A stretch of DNA of 64,000 bases from Bispira polyomma (taxonomy: Eukaryota). Position numbers and translations under genes: made by a program. Every line of letters starts with the position of its first letter. Position 1 is the stretch's first letter. The stretch is from the NCBI GenBank assembly GCA_965649765.1, contig OZ287759.1, positions 23,374,001-23,438,000 of the forward strand. Direction: 5' to 3'. Of the stretch, positions 36,301 to 46,246 are shown piece by piece. The notes beneath the pieces are model-generated. The model saw only the letters and a list, made by a program, of their open reading frames with translations. It made no database searches and was not told the DNA's origin.

Positions 36301-39300
36301 AATACAACACTACTTACTTGGATTATTAACAACATCTCCAGCATCTATTCTTTCCACTATAAGAAACTGTAAAACAAAATAGAATGTCACATTTGGATCC
36401 TTGACCGAGTATTCTGCCTCCAGTGACGGCTTATTAAACTGATGTATAGCCGTTTTGGCGACAGAGCGGCTACCATAAGCAAAACGTTGTAAATCAAAAA
36501 TCGGCATATATAGAGATAGAATCTGGTTAAAATAAATATACCCTCATATCTTATACATGATAAGGTAGCCAATTTTCTGTTACTTCATGCCAACATGCCA
36601 ATTAATATAAAATAAATTAAACTTTAACCACAAACATTGGAACAACTCTGTCGGCCATTTTATGCCAGGCTAAATTTACAACGTTTTGCTTATGGTAGCC
36701 GTTTGCCCCTTTTGGTGATTCAGCCATCAAAATTATTGCAAGGAATCTCGCTTAATAGGGACAGATTAATCAGTCTATGTTGGATTCCAACTTAGGATTT
36801 CATCAGTTCAAATTAAGACTTGTTAGTGTATTAATTCAGCTTTGTGTTTGATATTTATTATATTGCTTTAATTAAACTCATAAAATTCTTTGTTTTTGGT
36901 ACACAGGGTTGCACAAATTAGAGAGTGGACCTTTGTTAAGAACATACAGTAAATGTTCTTTTTGTTGCACTAATCAGGTGAAATGGCCTTATAAACCACC
37001 AAATACATAACACTGAACTACAGAGGACGGCACGCCACTTCACGACAGTTATTTACACGCCAAACACGATACTACACTACATAATCCATATAAAAGTACT
37101 CTCCACAGCCAAGTGGGGGAGAGGGGCAGTATAAAACAAGGTAAGAACTAATCACTATACGGCATGACATGACGCTTTTATAGATTTCTGCAAGGTAAAT
37201 TGCAGTGTCGTGCTGTGCAGTATAGTGTAGTGTCGTGCTGGGGGGCAGTCTGAATAATCACTATATGTTTTCTTATTTCGATATAATTGTAGTGTTGTGT
37301 CATGTTGTGTCGTCGTTGGTCTATAAGGCCCCTTAGACATGTAACAGTGAGAGGTACATGTATATATATATATGTATCATGTAATTTTTAATATTTACTT
37401 TAGATTGTAAATATAGACACTGACTAATATGTATTGAAAGTTTATTATTGCTGATTGAAATCGTGAATAAACCATGCTCTATTTGATAGTATAGCCTAAT
37501 AAAAACAGACTAATGCCCTGTAATCATAAACATAATCACAAATGTATTGCTGAAACAAATGCACATTATTAGTACACTAACACATAATGAGACAGATGTT
37601 GTTTGTTTCAGTATTCCATTATAACATGTGTAAAACAGTAATTGTTGTAACTAAGAGATTATTTTATTAATTAACTCGTAAAAATAATTAAAATAAACTC
37701 TCAGTTTTTTACATACTTGCAGTTAGTTCTGCCGTACCAGGTCAGAAGTTCAGGGGCCCATAGTAACCAGGGCAAGTATAATTTAAGATGTGGTTTAAAA
37801 CATTCATGGTTAATCTAAAAGGTTAGTTCTAGGGCTATGTACATACTGGGTGGTCTAAGGTCACTATCACACATTAAGTTTATATATATATTTTGCACTG
37901 AAAAATAATAACAATTAAAGGAAGGTTTTGTACATGATGCATACCCTTTCAGTTTTTTATTATAATTTTTCAGATATGGATGAATATTTCACCGATAGCT
38001 GTACCAGCTAAAGTTAATGTAGCATATGCAGTGTCTGTTAATATATGTACTTGATATTTTAGCTATCAGTTCAGCCAGTGCTATTCTTGTTTTTGCCTTT
38101 GTATTTCCCAACTGCTACAAAAGCATGACAGACGTTGTTTGTTTACAGGTTGCTATGGTAATATGTGCAAGTCACAAAGCGTTACAACTAGGTAATTCAA
38201 TTATTAATCTGCATTCTAATTGAATGGTAATATTTTTCAAGGGTCTTCATGTTTTTTCTTCAAACAACCACAGATTTTATTTTCATTTGCCTAAACAAAT
38301 TTCTGAATAAGTTTGTGTGTGGCAAACCTGGGTTTGTATTTACCAAAGGCCTTGCAAATTATTATTTTATATTTGGATGCCAATACCACATTCATAGATT
38401 TCCTCAAATTAAAAAAAAATTATACTGCATCAATATTACAAAGTCGTTGTATTAGCTAACATATGTATTAAATAGTACTTTCAAGCAGATTGACTCTCAT
38501 CATATAGACAGAGCTTAAGTTATGGACTAATATTGAGGATATCCGGCGGTCTAATTGCACATTTTCATGGACGGTCGACTCTAAACACCACATCTTGAGA
38601 GAATGGGGTTGGTCGAATCATAAATGGGTCATAATGGGTAATTATGTTTGTGAACCGGTCTAATCCAGAGAAACCATTGCATAAACGTCTGATCATCTGC
38701 ATAGATCTCTTATGGTTGGGAAATAATCTGTCACAAATGGGTCCTGACCTTGTGAGAAAATCTCAGATCTTGCTTGGTCGGAACATAAACTGGACATATC
38801 CGGCTGAGGGCATATCTGGGGCACAGCTGGGTGTGATCGTATTGTACACTTAATTATTGTGACATTAATATTAATTGTATGTTATGTGGGGTTCACAATT
38901 TCACGACCTATAGAGCCCTTTACTCCAGATTTCAAGATCTGGGCATAAACTGAAGAGATCGGTACGATCATGTGTAAAACTTGGTCGGCTCTAAAAGTTA
39001 CATTTGGAGAGAACTCGATAGGTCGGAGCTTAATCAGGGCATAATCTTTGGGACAGAACACATCATGTTGATAGCTTAATCTTGTGTGATCTGGAACAAA
39101 TGTTGCATAAATGTGTGATGGTCTGCTTAGATCGGGTATGGTCTGGGCATAATCTGGTATGAACAAAGCATAGTCTGGTAATAATCATAGGAGGTCTGGT
39201 AAAAAAAATGGGCATGTCCTGGGCATAAACTAGGCATGATCTGGTGAGATTGTATCATACACTTGGTAAGACGTAAGATTAATGCATTAATGATATGCAA

Positions 39301-42300
39301 ATGAGCTTTTTCACTCACTCTCTCCCGAACAGTCGAGAATTTATGATCTTGTTCTCCTCTGTATACACTCTGTTTCGTATACCCAAGTGGATAATAAAAT
39401 TACATTAAGTTACCTGTTATTTAAAGGACGAGGATACATCTGAACAAAAAAAAAATACATTACATATATATACTGCAATCACATCTAAACAAAACACTGT
39501 TTATTGTTTATAACAAAACAAAAATACATTTTATACTTATAGTTGATGTAACCATTTCCAATATTGTCTCTACATTAATTATCTATATCTAGAAATAGCT
39601 ACATATTTCCTAATCAATAGCATTTAAAGTATGAGATTTAAAGCTAAAGGGACATAAATTAGATCGTATCAAACTGATATTTGCATATACAATGTTTTTT
39701 TTTTTTCGAAAACAAGAGCTTGTTTCCATATCAGACCTTCCTTGTACAAGTTTTTATCAGTCGCAGCCTGTTATTGATTTCATTCTAAAAAGGGCGCCAC
39801 AATCTTAGAAAATGTGTAAGACCTTAATGGATTGGTTGGGAGCAATCGACATGTCCTAAGTAAGGGGTTGTCAGATTTGCCTGAGTATATAGTGGCCATA
39901 CCAGCGTTAGTGTATTTCACACTCTGCTCTCGTGACTTTTTTAAGAGACAATTCTTGCTCAGGACTATATATAACTTTTTGAAGTAATATTACCTTTGAT
40001 GTGAAGAAAGAAAATTTGTGTTATATTCATCAACTATTAGCCCTTTTAAAATGAGTCTATTAATATTATTTTTAAATCTATGCCATTTAAATGTATATCC
40101 TAATTAAATAGATTGATTGATTGTGGGTTAATGTTTAGGCCATACAACGGGCAGTTTTACAATTTATCTGTCAATGTCAATGAGTTATACAATTACAACA
40201 ACATAATAGTTAATATAATATATATTGTCCTGGCGTATATGGTATTCTTGTGCATTGATTATTCAAATTCATATTGAACAGGCGTAAATATTTATTCATA
40301 TGGATAAATATTTATTCATATGGATTATGATATTTAGATTACACATGCCTTGTGAGTCAAAAAGTATCTTGCAAGATATGCAGAAAATATTTGGAATGAA
40401 AAGAACAACAAAATTATGAACTCATTAAAAAGATAACTTTTTTACGATGTTTTCAAATTAGTGTGCCTGAAAATGTCTAAAATCTAGAATCCCCCCCCCC
40501 CCCTTTCCGCTATTTTGAAAAGTAGTACAAAATTAAAATAGAAGTCCCTATATGAATATTTTATATTATTTTCAGGTTCATAAAAAATAATGAAATAAAT
40601 GGTAAGTGAAAAGATGCAAAAGTAATTTTATTAGAGAGAACTAGAGAAATTCTCTAGAATTAATATTTACTACTGGCGATTTGTTAATTAAAATATTACA
40701 TTAATATGTTCTAATTTCCACTAGGAATCAATTTTCGATATGAACCCCAGTCATAAGCTAATATTAATTCCTGGTTAAACAATGTCTAACCAATACCGTA
40801 TGGTCTGAGCTATTAACCCTTTCAACACCTAGGTTGCTGGCTAGTAGTTCGGGCCGTGGCGGCCTAGTGGTTAGCAAGCATTGCACTTCACAATCACTGG
40901 TCTCTCACCTCTGGGCGGCGTGAGTTCGAATCCCGTTGATGCCTATGTGGGAAAGGTGGTAGTTCCTTACCGTGGGCCGCTGGTTTCAGTGCAGAACCTT
41001 GATCAACTGTATGCAGTGTTTCCTCCAGCGTTTCCAACTACCTGTCCCAATATACGCTAAACAGGTACTAGAGTGGACGTTAAAATATCCAAATTCAATT
41101 CAATTCAATTGGCAAGCAGTCCACTGCATTAGTTACTCCCAGAACCTATGTCTGTCGGCAAGCAGTCGACACCCCCAAAAATAGGATTTTTTTTTTTCAT
41201 TTTGTTCCTCGCAACAGGTAATTATTATTACGGCAGAATTCCCTGTTCCATAAAATTATACTTTAGGCTGTTATTGAATGCCGGAAGTTGTCTGTGGTGT
41301 GTGTTTTAGTGACTTTAGTTATCTGTAACCTGTTCCTGAAAAAAAAATCCTGCATTTTTTGGAGATAGTTTTCTCTTATGATGAAAAGGATTAATTAGGT
41401 TGTTGCCTCATGTTTTCTTCACTGATAACTGGGTGGTTGGTAGTTGTTTTTTTTAATAAAGATTTGATCAATACTAAAAGATGATAAAGCAATGTTCAAT
41501 CCAATTAATTTATGATCGGAAACTGCAAAAACTAATCACTTTAAAGCTTCCTGTACAATTTTATTTAGTAAAAATTGTTAGATACAGTACATAATATTAT
41601 CATAGTCNNNNNNNNNNNNNNNNNNNNNNNNNNNNNNNNNNNNNNNNNNNNNNNNNNNNNNNNNNNNNNNNNNNNNNNNNNNNNNNNNNNNNNNNNNNNN
41701 NNNNNNNNNNNNNNNNNNNNNNNNNNNNNNNNNNNNNNNNNNNNNNNNNNNNNNNNNNNNNNNNNNNNNNNNNNNNNNNNNNNNNNNNNNNNNNNNNNNN
41801 NNNNNNNNNNNNNNNNNNTGCCCTTTCTGCATTTCATTTTCCACATTTGACAATGTCTTTGAAATTGACAATATCAAAGACCCACATTTTAAAATGTCAA
41901 AACAACGATCAAGACTGTTTTCAGAGTGTGGGTGAACTTTTTCTAAAATATCAAATGGTGTTGTACCTGAAACAAAACTGACAGAAAAGTAGACGTATAA
42001 AAGATATGTAAGTTTTATAATCACCAATGTGTGTCTATGTTTTTTTCTGTTTATGTAAAAATTTGATTCTCGCTTCATTTTAGGCTTATTTCCAGCGTCT
42101 CCACGGTCATGACCTAATATTTTAACAATGATTACCATGTCTCACATGCCTTAGAACCCGCTGGAATGGAGATTAAGCACTATGGAAGTTAAATTCAATA
42201 ATATTATTGTTTATCTTAGTATTTATTTTACACCAGGTAATATAATTGTTTATCTTAATATTTATTTTACACCATGTTCACATATATCCAGGTAACTGCA

Positions 42301-42546
42301 AATTTAACAGGTAACCGCAAATATATATAAATTATATATATATAAATCAGAACTTTTTTGCTCACAAATACTCCAGTTATCTAAATTATAAAAGTATGTT
42401 TTCCATAAAAAAAAACCCATAATATAGAAGCAAACAAGAATTAAGCAAAAGAATCATATATTGATCCTTTTCTTAAAGTGTTTAATAACAATTCTTTTAA
42501 AAATCGATCTTACCAGAAACAAAACAGCCACTTGCAACTTTGCCAT
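240..42546 (-). CDS. Multi-exon gene span, 3'-incomplete: secreted or cell-surface protein with signal peptide, N-terminal domain and at least 29 tandem 35-aa CxxC-rich repeats (furin-like/VSP-like Cys pattern)
   Basis: 33 exons with canonical AG/GT ends and compatible phases (0, then all 1) join into one stop-free frame of 3574 nt. No stop codon is reached inside the window. Confidence 0.88.
1609..1713 (-). CDS. Repeat exon type [35 protein letters not shown]
   Basis: 105 bp, ag...gtaagt, phase 1-1. Confidence 0.88.
1999..2500. mobile_element. Putative non-autonomous Helentron/DINE-like insertion with TTTAGGG-like repeats (copies at ~14227 and ~21182)
   Basis: Homology to the A-type intron stops at aacaagag, followed by hairpin gtgacc-ttgc-ggtcac (2011-2026) and (T)TTAGGG repeats at 2254-2340. 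Right end undefined. Confidence 0.4.
2622..2694 (-). pseudogene. 5'-truncated half-exon [24 protein letters not shown] (3' end replaced by F-type sequence)
   Basis: Acceptor missing; two donors in tandem (acttac at 2581 and 2616 on +). Confidence 0.72.
2947..3051 (-). CDS. Repeat exon type [35 protein letters not shown]
   Basis: 105 bp, cag...gtaagt, phase 1-1. Confidence 0.88.
3370..3797. repeat. Intronic minisatellite, core ccttgacctgacatta
   Basis: Many degenerate ~13-17 bp units. Confidence 0.9.
4304..4408 (-). CDS. Repeat exon type F
   Basis: 105 bp, ag...gtaagt, phase 1-1. Confidence 0.88.
4868..4972 (-). CDS. Repeat exon type C
   Basis: 105 bp, ag...gtaagt, phase 1-1. Confidence 0.88.
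5432..5536 (-). CDS. Repeat exon (C variant) [34 protein letters not shown]
   Basis: 105 bp, ag...gtaagt, phase 1-1. Confidence 0.88.
5892..6513. mobile_element. 622-bp Tc1/mariner-type MITE
   Basis: TIRs cagggggggacagcaattcg / cgaatcgctatccccccttg (3 mismatches in 20), TA duplicated on both sides, interrupts the LINE tail. The homologous site near 24590 is empty. Confidence 0.9.
6635..6739 (-). CDS. Repeat exon type E
   Basis: 105 bp, ag...gtaagt, phase 1-1. Confidence 0.88.
7201..7305 (-). CDS. Chimeric repeat exon (5' E, 3' A) [34 protein letters not shown]
   Basis: 105 bp, ag...gtaagt, phase 1-1. Confidence 0.86.
7770..7874 (-). CDS. Chimeric repeat exon (5' D, 3' B) [34 protein letters not shown]
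   Basis: 105 bp, cag...gtaagt, phase 1-1. Confidence 0.86.
8192..8733. repeat. Intronic minisatellite, longer variant
   Basis: Same core, ~110 bp longer than the 3.4 kb copy. Confidence 0.9.
9239..9343 (-). CDS. Repeat exon type F
   Basis: 105 bp, ag...gtaagt, phase 1-1. Confidence 0.88.
9803..9907 (-). CDS. Repeat exon type C
   Basis: 105 bp, ag...gtaagt, phase 1-1. Confidence 0.88.
10367..10471 (-). CDS. Repeat exon type C
   Basis: 105 bp, ag...gtaagt, phase 1-1. Confidence 0.88.
10931..11035 (-). CDS. Repeat exon (C variant) [34 protein letters not shown]
   Basis: 105 bp, ag...gtaagt, phase 1-1. Confidence 0.88.
11495..11599 (-). CDS. Repeat exon type C
   Basis: 105 bp, ag...gtaagt, phase 1-1. 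Confidence 0.88.
11955..12576. mobile_element. 622-bp MITE, same insertion carried by block duplication
   Basis: Same TIRs, TA TSD and flanks as 5892-6513. Confidence 0.9.
12698..12802 (-). CDS. Repeat exon type E
   Basis: 105 bp, ag...gtaagt, phase 1-1. Confidence 0.88.
13269..13373 (-). CDS. Repeat exon type E
   Basis: 105 bp, ag...gtaagt, phase 1-1. Confidence 0.88.
13837..13941 (-). CDS. Repeat exon type [35 protein letters not shown]
   Basis: 105 bp, ag...gtaagt, phase 1-1. Confidence 0.88.
14813..14885 (-). pseudogene. 5'-truncated half-exon [24 protein letters not shown]
   Basis: Donor intact; acceptor and first 32 bp missing. Confidence 0.75.
15133..15237 (-). CDS. Repeat exon type [35 protein letters not shown]
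   Basis: 105 bp, cag...gtaagt, phase 1-1. Confidence 0.88.
15562..15993. repeat. Intronic minisatellite, shorter variant
   Basis: Same core. Confidence 0.9.
16499..16603 (-). CDS. Repeat exon type F
   Basis: 105 bp, ag...gtaagt, phase 1-1. Confidence 0.88.
17063..17167 (-). CDS. Repeat exon (C variant) [34 protein letters not shown]
   Basis: 105 bp, ag...gtaagt, phase 1-1. Confidence 0.88.
17627..17731 (-). CDS. Repeat exon (C variant) [34 protein letters not shown]
   Basis: 105 bp, ag...gtaagt, phase 1-1. Confidence 0.88.
18087..18708. mobile_element. 622-bp MITE, same insertion carried by block duplication
   Basis: Same TIRs, TA TSD and flanks as 5892-6513. Confidence 0.9.
18830..18934 (-). 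CDS. Repeat exon type [35 protein letters not shown]
   Basis: 105 bp, ag...gtaagt, phase 1-1. Confidence 0.88.
19399..19503 (-). CDS. Repeat exon type [35 protein letters not shown]
   Basis: 105 bp, ag...gtaagt, phase 1-1. Confidence 0.88.
20794..20898 (-). CDS. Repeat exon type [35 protein letters not shown]
   Basis: 105 bp, ag...gtaagt, phase 1-1. Confidence 0.88.
21769..21841 (-). pseudogene. 5'-truncated half-exon [24 protein letters not shown]
   Basis: Donor gtaagt intact; the first 32 bp and the acceptor are missing. Confidence 0.75.
22094..22198 (-). CDS. Repeat exon type [35 protein letters not shown]
   Basis: 105 bp, cag...gtaagt, phase 1-1. Confidence 0.88.
22523..23063. repeat. 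Intronic minisatellite, longer variant
   Basis: Same core, ~110 bp longer than the 15.6 kb copy. Confidence 0.9.
23570..23674 (-). CDS. Repeat exon type [35 protein letters not shown]
   Basis: 105 bp, ag...gtaagt, phase 1-1. Confidence 0.88.
24134..24238 (-). CDS. Repeat exon type [35 protein letters not shown]
   Basis: 105 bp, ag...gtaagt, phase 1-1. Confidence 0.88.
24713..24817 (-). CDS. Repeat exon (5' A-type, 3' E-type) [34 protein letters not shown]
   Basis: 105 bp, ag...gtaagt, phase 1-1. Confidence 0.88.
25790..26025 (-). mobile_element. L2/CR1-like 3' tail with no adjacent exon
   Basis: Homologous to the array intron tails but not followed by acttac plus exon. Confidence 0.7.
26762..26950 (-). 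mobile_element. L2/CR1-like LINE 3' end (second family)
   Basis: Minus strand reads [24 protein letters not shown]; similar to 51.7-52.1 kb and 62.1-62.6 kb. Confidence 0.7.
27550..28950 (+). mobile_element. Decayed, 5'-truncated L1/Tx1-clade LINE ORF2
   Basis: RT motifs [22 protein letters not shown] and [11 protein letters not shown], and C-terminal CIRC...HIFVTC zinc knuckle; many stops and frameshifts. Confidence 0.9.
29705..29940 (+). mobile_element. L2/CR1-like 3' tail, same family as array introns, opposite orientation
   Basis: aaagctttctcaatagctgc...tctcccagttgagcttag...[12 protein letters not shown]. Confidence 0.7.
30125..30229 (-). CDS. Exon 5, divergent first Cys repeat [34 protein letters not shown]
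   Basis: ttgtcttgtag acceptor, A|gtaagt donor, 105 bp, phase 1-1, 6 Cys, ends in ECV like the array exons. Confidence 0.88.
31395..31694 (-). CDS. Exon 4, [20 protein letters not shown]...[30 protein letters not shown]
   Basis: Acceptor ttattttccag, donor G|gtacac, 300 bp open frame, phase 1-1, coding-like composition. Confidence 0.85.
32683..32795 (+). mobile_element. Degenerate tRNA-derived SINE 5' part, interrupted by a MITE
   Basis: A-box-like cagtggtt, B-box-like gttctaatcc, and ccttggacaaggtg shared with the 46953 SINE. Confidence 0.45.
32796..33181. mobile_element. ~380-bp MITE-like repeat, copy 1
   Basis: Imperfect TIRs agaccgagtattctg / cagattattcagtct; second copy at 36401-36777. 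Confidence 0.7.
34505..34760 (+). mobile_element. L2/CR1-like 3' tail, same family as array introns
   Basis: accaagaaagctagatccagagc...ttatggaacaatctcccagttgagct. Confidence 0.7.
34799..34945 (-). CDS. Exon 3, [48 protein letters not shown]
   Basis: Acceptor ttttgtattgcag, donor G|gtaagc, 147 bp, phase 1-1, GC-richer than flanks. Confidence 0.85.
36318..36366 (-). CDS. Exon 2, [16 protein letters not shown] (end of signal peptide, likely cleavage IDA|G)
   Basis: Acceptor tctattttgttttacag, donor A|gtaagt. 49 bp, phase 0 to 1, exactly bridging exons 1 and 3. Confidence 0.8.
36401..36777. mobile_element. ~380-bp MITE-like repeat, copy 2, ~33 bp from the exon 2 acceptor
   Basis: Colinear with 32796-33181. 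Confidence 0.7.
36985..37330. mobile_element. MITE, possibly PIF/Harbinger-type
   Basis: TIRs ggccttataaacca / tggtctataaggcc with subterminal 5-bp repeats in mirrored orientation. Confidence 0.65.
40851..41110 (+). mobile_element. tRNA-derived SINE, family 1
   Basis: A box tggcggcctagtgg, B box gttcgaatcc, (ttcaa)n tail; three copies in window. Confidence 0.9.
41608..41818. other. Assembly gap (211 N) in predicted intron 1
   Basis: Run of N. Confidence 1.
42514..42546 (-). CDS. Exon 1 coding part, [11 protein letters not shown] (signal peptide n/h region)
   Basis: aaaattATGGCA start, phase-0 donor CTG|gtaaga. Joins exon 2 to give a ~20-aa signal peptide. The intervening intron contains an assembly gap. 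Confidence 0.75.
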
Positions 42547-42841
42547 AATTTTCTCCTTGTACCAATCTGTTACACTTTAATACACTAACGAATATTAATA
42601 TACTAATGTGTATATTTTCCTATTTTTTTTTTTTGTTTGCCTTTCTCTTTTTTAATTTTAAGTAAATTTAATTGATATCAAAATTAAAAAAAAAACAACT
42701 TTGTTCTTTCTCTCTTAAATGAAAAAGTTGATCTTTTTGTCGGTCCAACTTGCTGTAAAAGTGTTCAGTATAAAAGTCGAGTTTAATCCTTCTTGGTGTT
42801 CACTTATGACGACAAAACCCCTCCCCTCTTGACGACTGCTG

Positions 42842-42864
42842 CTTTTATAGAAATTCGCCCCCAC
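42842..42864 (-). promoter_or_regulatory. Candidate TATA box (TATAAAAG, 42849-42842) with adjacent GC-box-like gtgggggcgaa
   Basis: Consensus TATA on the gene strand ~300 bp upstream of the ATG, in a locally GC-richer patch. Confidence 0.45.
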
Positions 42865-45776
42865 AATACACACTCTCACCTTTGAACAAGAGTTGTCGTT
42901 TAAAAAAAGATGGGGTGCACAATGTGTGAACTACACTAACGTTTGATATGACCACTATATACTCAGGATCTCAGCTGCGCCTGATGATAATAATAATAAT
43001 GATGATTTGACCACACCCTCACTTTGGACGAGTCAATTACTTCTAACCAATCTATGAATGCTTTACATATTATTTTTGAGAAGATGCCCCGTATTTCAGC
43101 GTTTGAGCCTGATAAAAATTCAGAGACGCTCACCTGAAGAATCAATATCACCCTCCTTATAAAGAGTTGGAATTAGTGGGGAGGAGGGGGGGGGGCGCTA
43201 GTGGAAGGGACTGTTTCAGCACAGTGATATTGTTAGATGGTAATCAACTGCAGAATGCAATGCCTGAAGTGACTACGAATGTTAGATAAATATTTTATTT
43301 TGTAAATTAGCTCGTGTATTGGCAACAAGGTATAACCAAGTTAAAAACTGGTGCTTATCGAATGTCTCATATATGTACATATGTGAACTTTAGGTTAGGG
43401 CCCCCTATAACATAGATCAACAGCTTCAAATCGTGGTGCAGGGAAAATAGGGGGGGGGGGGGCTAGAAACGTCTTGGTTACTAGACGAACTGGAATGATG
43501 AACTGATGGGGGTTAAATAAAGCAAAAGCAAAAGAAAATCGACGATCGATTATCCCCCACCCCCACCCCCCTGCCGCCGCCACATCCCCGTTCATTGCCC
43601 CAATGGCTCATTGTTTTATGGCACACACTTCTAAATATAATGTTTGGTCCTAGCATTAACACCTGGGTTAGAAATGGGAAAGCAGAAAAGAAGCCACATT
43701 TTTCACTGATGCTATTTGAAATAGACTGTTCTCAGTATATTTGAATTATGTGGTATATTTAATTGTCACCTTTTATAAAATACTCCTAAAAATATAGGAA
43801 CAACATGGCATAAATGTAACATTTTAACATAACCTTCTTTAACGTAAATGTTATTCTGTGAAAATGCCAAAATATAGAATTATCTGACTCTGACCCTTCA
43901 TTTTTCTAACAAATTTTTAAAATAGCAAATATTGTCTTTAATATTATATGTGTATTACATATATAGGGTATATAGTTGTTGAGATAGGAATCTTAAATTA
44001 ATTGCCTTCCTCACAATATTATGAATTATTTCAATTTAAAAAAAAAAAAAAAAAATTCGCAAGTAGCAATTACTTTTAACTTAAACGTTGTCGGCTTTTA
44101 TAATCTATATTTCAAAAGTCACCTGGCTACATAAATATGTAAACTGAACATCTGTATTACCTGTACTTACTAATACATGATACCTTTAATCAATCAACTC
44201 TGCTGTAAAAACTTGCATTCTTAGCAATTGTGAAAAACATTTCAACTTTAACTAACAATATCTTTACAAAAATTTTATGACATTGAAACGAAAATTTAAG
44301 GTTAAGTATAAATAAAGATACAGCCATTTTATCACTTTAAATTTGGACACAAATATAAGTCAACTATAACAATATAACAGAGATAAAAAAAATGTATATT
44401 TCATGAATATTATCAATAAATCGTACAACATGGGGGCGCCCAGCTAATGCTTACGTTTAAGTCTCTGACCAAAAAAAAATTATATATTTTTTATGCTTGA
44501 CTGTAAAATTTCAACATCCCGACAATCCCTTTTGTTTACGTGGCCTTGTAATCCCAGTAACAAGACATAGAAACAAACAACAAACAAATACACAGATCAC
44601 AGCCTATGGTATAGGGTCTTTATTCATTTTAATTATCAACTCAGACAGAAACTTAAATCTGAAGTGTCCATGTCTTTGGCTAGAGTAAAGATAAGTAAAA
44701 TATCACTGTACGTCTACAGTCCCCAGTTTTAGATGCAGGTGTCAAAAGCCAAGGTTAAATAGAAATCAGTTAAAAACACTTTTTTAGAAGTAAGGTTAAA
44801 AATTTAAATGAAGGGAAATGATAGACAGAAGAATGCTAGCAGTAGCATTAGCCAAGTTATTTTTAAGGTGGTCAATAAATAATGTTGCATGTGTTGTGGA
44901 CTAAATCAGCAGTCACCCTAAAGTAGACTGCCAGTTATATTCAGTGCAGAATGGCTTGGTTAAAATTTGTTTCAGTTTCTCCAGATAAATATGTCCAATT
45001 GGACTGCCCTTCTTCAAACAAACTTAAAGTCAAACTCAGGGGGACTATGTGGAAATATATGTTGAAATAACCTATACTTGTAATCATACTGATTTCAAAG
45101 ATACAGTCAGGGCTTGGTTAACTTCACTTGACTCTCGAGATAGAGTAAGGCATCTAAAATTCCCCACTGTATCTGAAATTCGTCACCCATAATTTTTTTT
45201 TAAGCCAATTAAATAAAAAGTGGCAAAAAAATAACTTGCATTTAGGTAAGTTATGGGCCGTTCACACCAACAAGTGTATTGTACTGTAAAGTCTACGGTT
45301 CCCGTTGAACGTATGACCCAGTGTCGTAGCAAAATGTGTGTCATTGGCCTCGTTAACGATCGTTCAGTAATGGTAGTTAGTTACGTTTCACAAATTTGAA
45401 AAATACAACCACCCAGTAGTAGAAACATACTTAAGTTCATTGTACGTTTTGTGACGTTTCGTAACGTTTTGACGAAGAAGCTGCCCCAAATCATAATAAA
45501 ACAAAAATGGCCACTTTATCAGTACCTACTACTATGTAGAGCAACTCATTAGCAAGTAACTGCTCCTTAAAGCTGATTATTACAGCTTTAGTGAAACGAT
45601 TTGTGACAAATACAGAAACAGAGAGTTCTGCCACGATTATTTTAAACAGTTTGAAATAAACGTAGCAACTTTTGAAATGTATCCGAAAGTAGAACTAATG
45701 CAGGCTTTCCGCAAAGATATTAGAACAAATTTTCACTTTGAGTGATGTTTCAAAAAGTAGTACTAATGACTCTAAT

Positions 45777-46246
45777 GGGCCGGTCCCACCAGATTTACGT
45801 TAGGATATGTAAATCACGCATGGCCTTGTAAAATATTTAATGCAAAACATCATGCAAAACTAGAAATTAGAGATTTTCTCCACGTTGAAGGCATCAACAG
45901 ACGTTAAAATTCATATATTAATATTTCAAAAGCTGTAAAGTCTCGCAGGGGATGCATAAGTTCACGTCCAAGTACATGTATGAGTACGCTAATACATGTA
46001 AAAGGACGTCATAATGACGCACATTTACACACTGTGACGCATATCCACGTTTTAGGACATCATACTTTTGCATCTCTTGCGTGTCCAAATTTCAAACGGT
46101 TCAAAATTAAAAATTTCTTGCATCTCAACTCTCACGCCAGGTTATGTATGCTTATGTATATTATGTCAGCTCCTGCAAATACCACGCAAAACCTACGCAA
46201 ATTAATTTTCAAACAACTCCTAACGTGACGGCTGGTGGGACCAGGG
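45777..46246. mobile_element. MITE, possibly PIF/Harbinger-type
   Basis: Imperfect TIRs ggtcccaccag..acgttagga / tcctaacgt..ctggtgggacc. Confidence 0.65.

Noticed and set aside
38560-39330. gatct/tctgg-rich segment with short ORFs (also the acgt-rich 30740-31090)
   Set aside because: Looks like decayed non-autonomous DNA-transposon interior, but I could not define termini or coding signal.
40851-40940. tRNA gene
   Set aside because: A and B boxes continue into a ~170-bp body and simple-repeat tail shared by three dispersed copies, so it is a SINE head.
41565-42138. ORFs spanning the N run
   Set aside because: Artefacts of the assembly gap.
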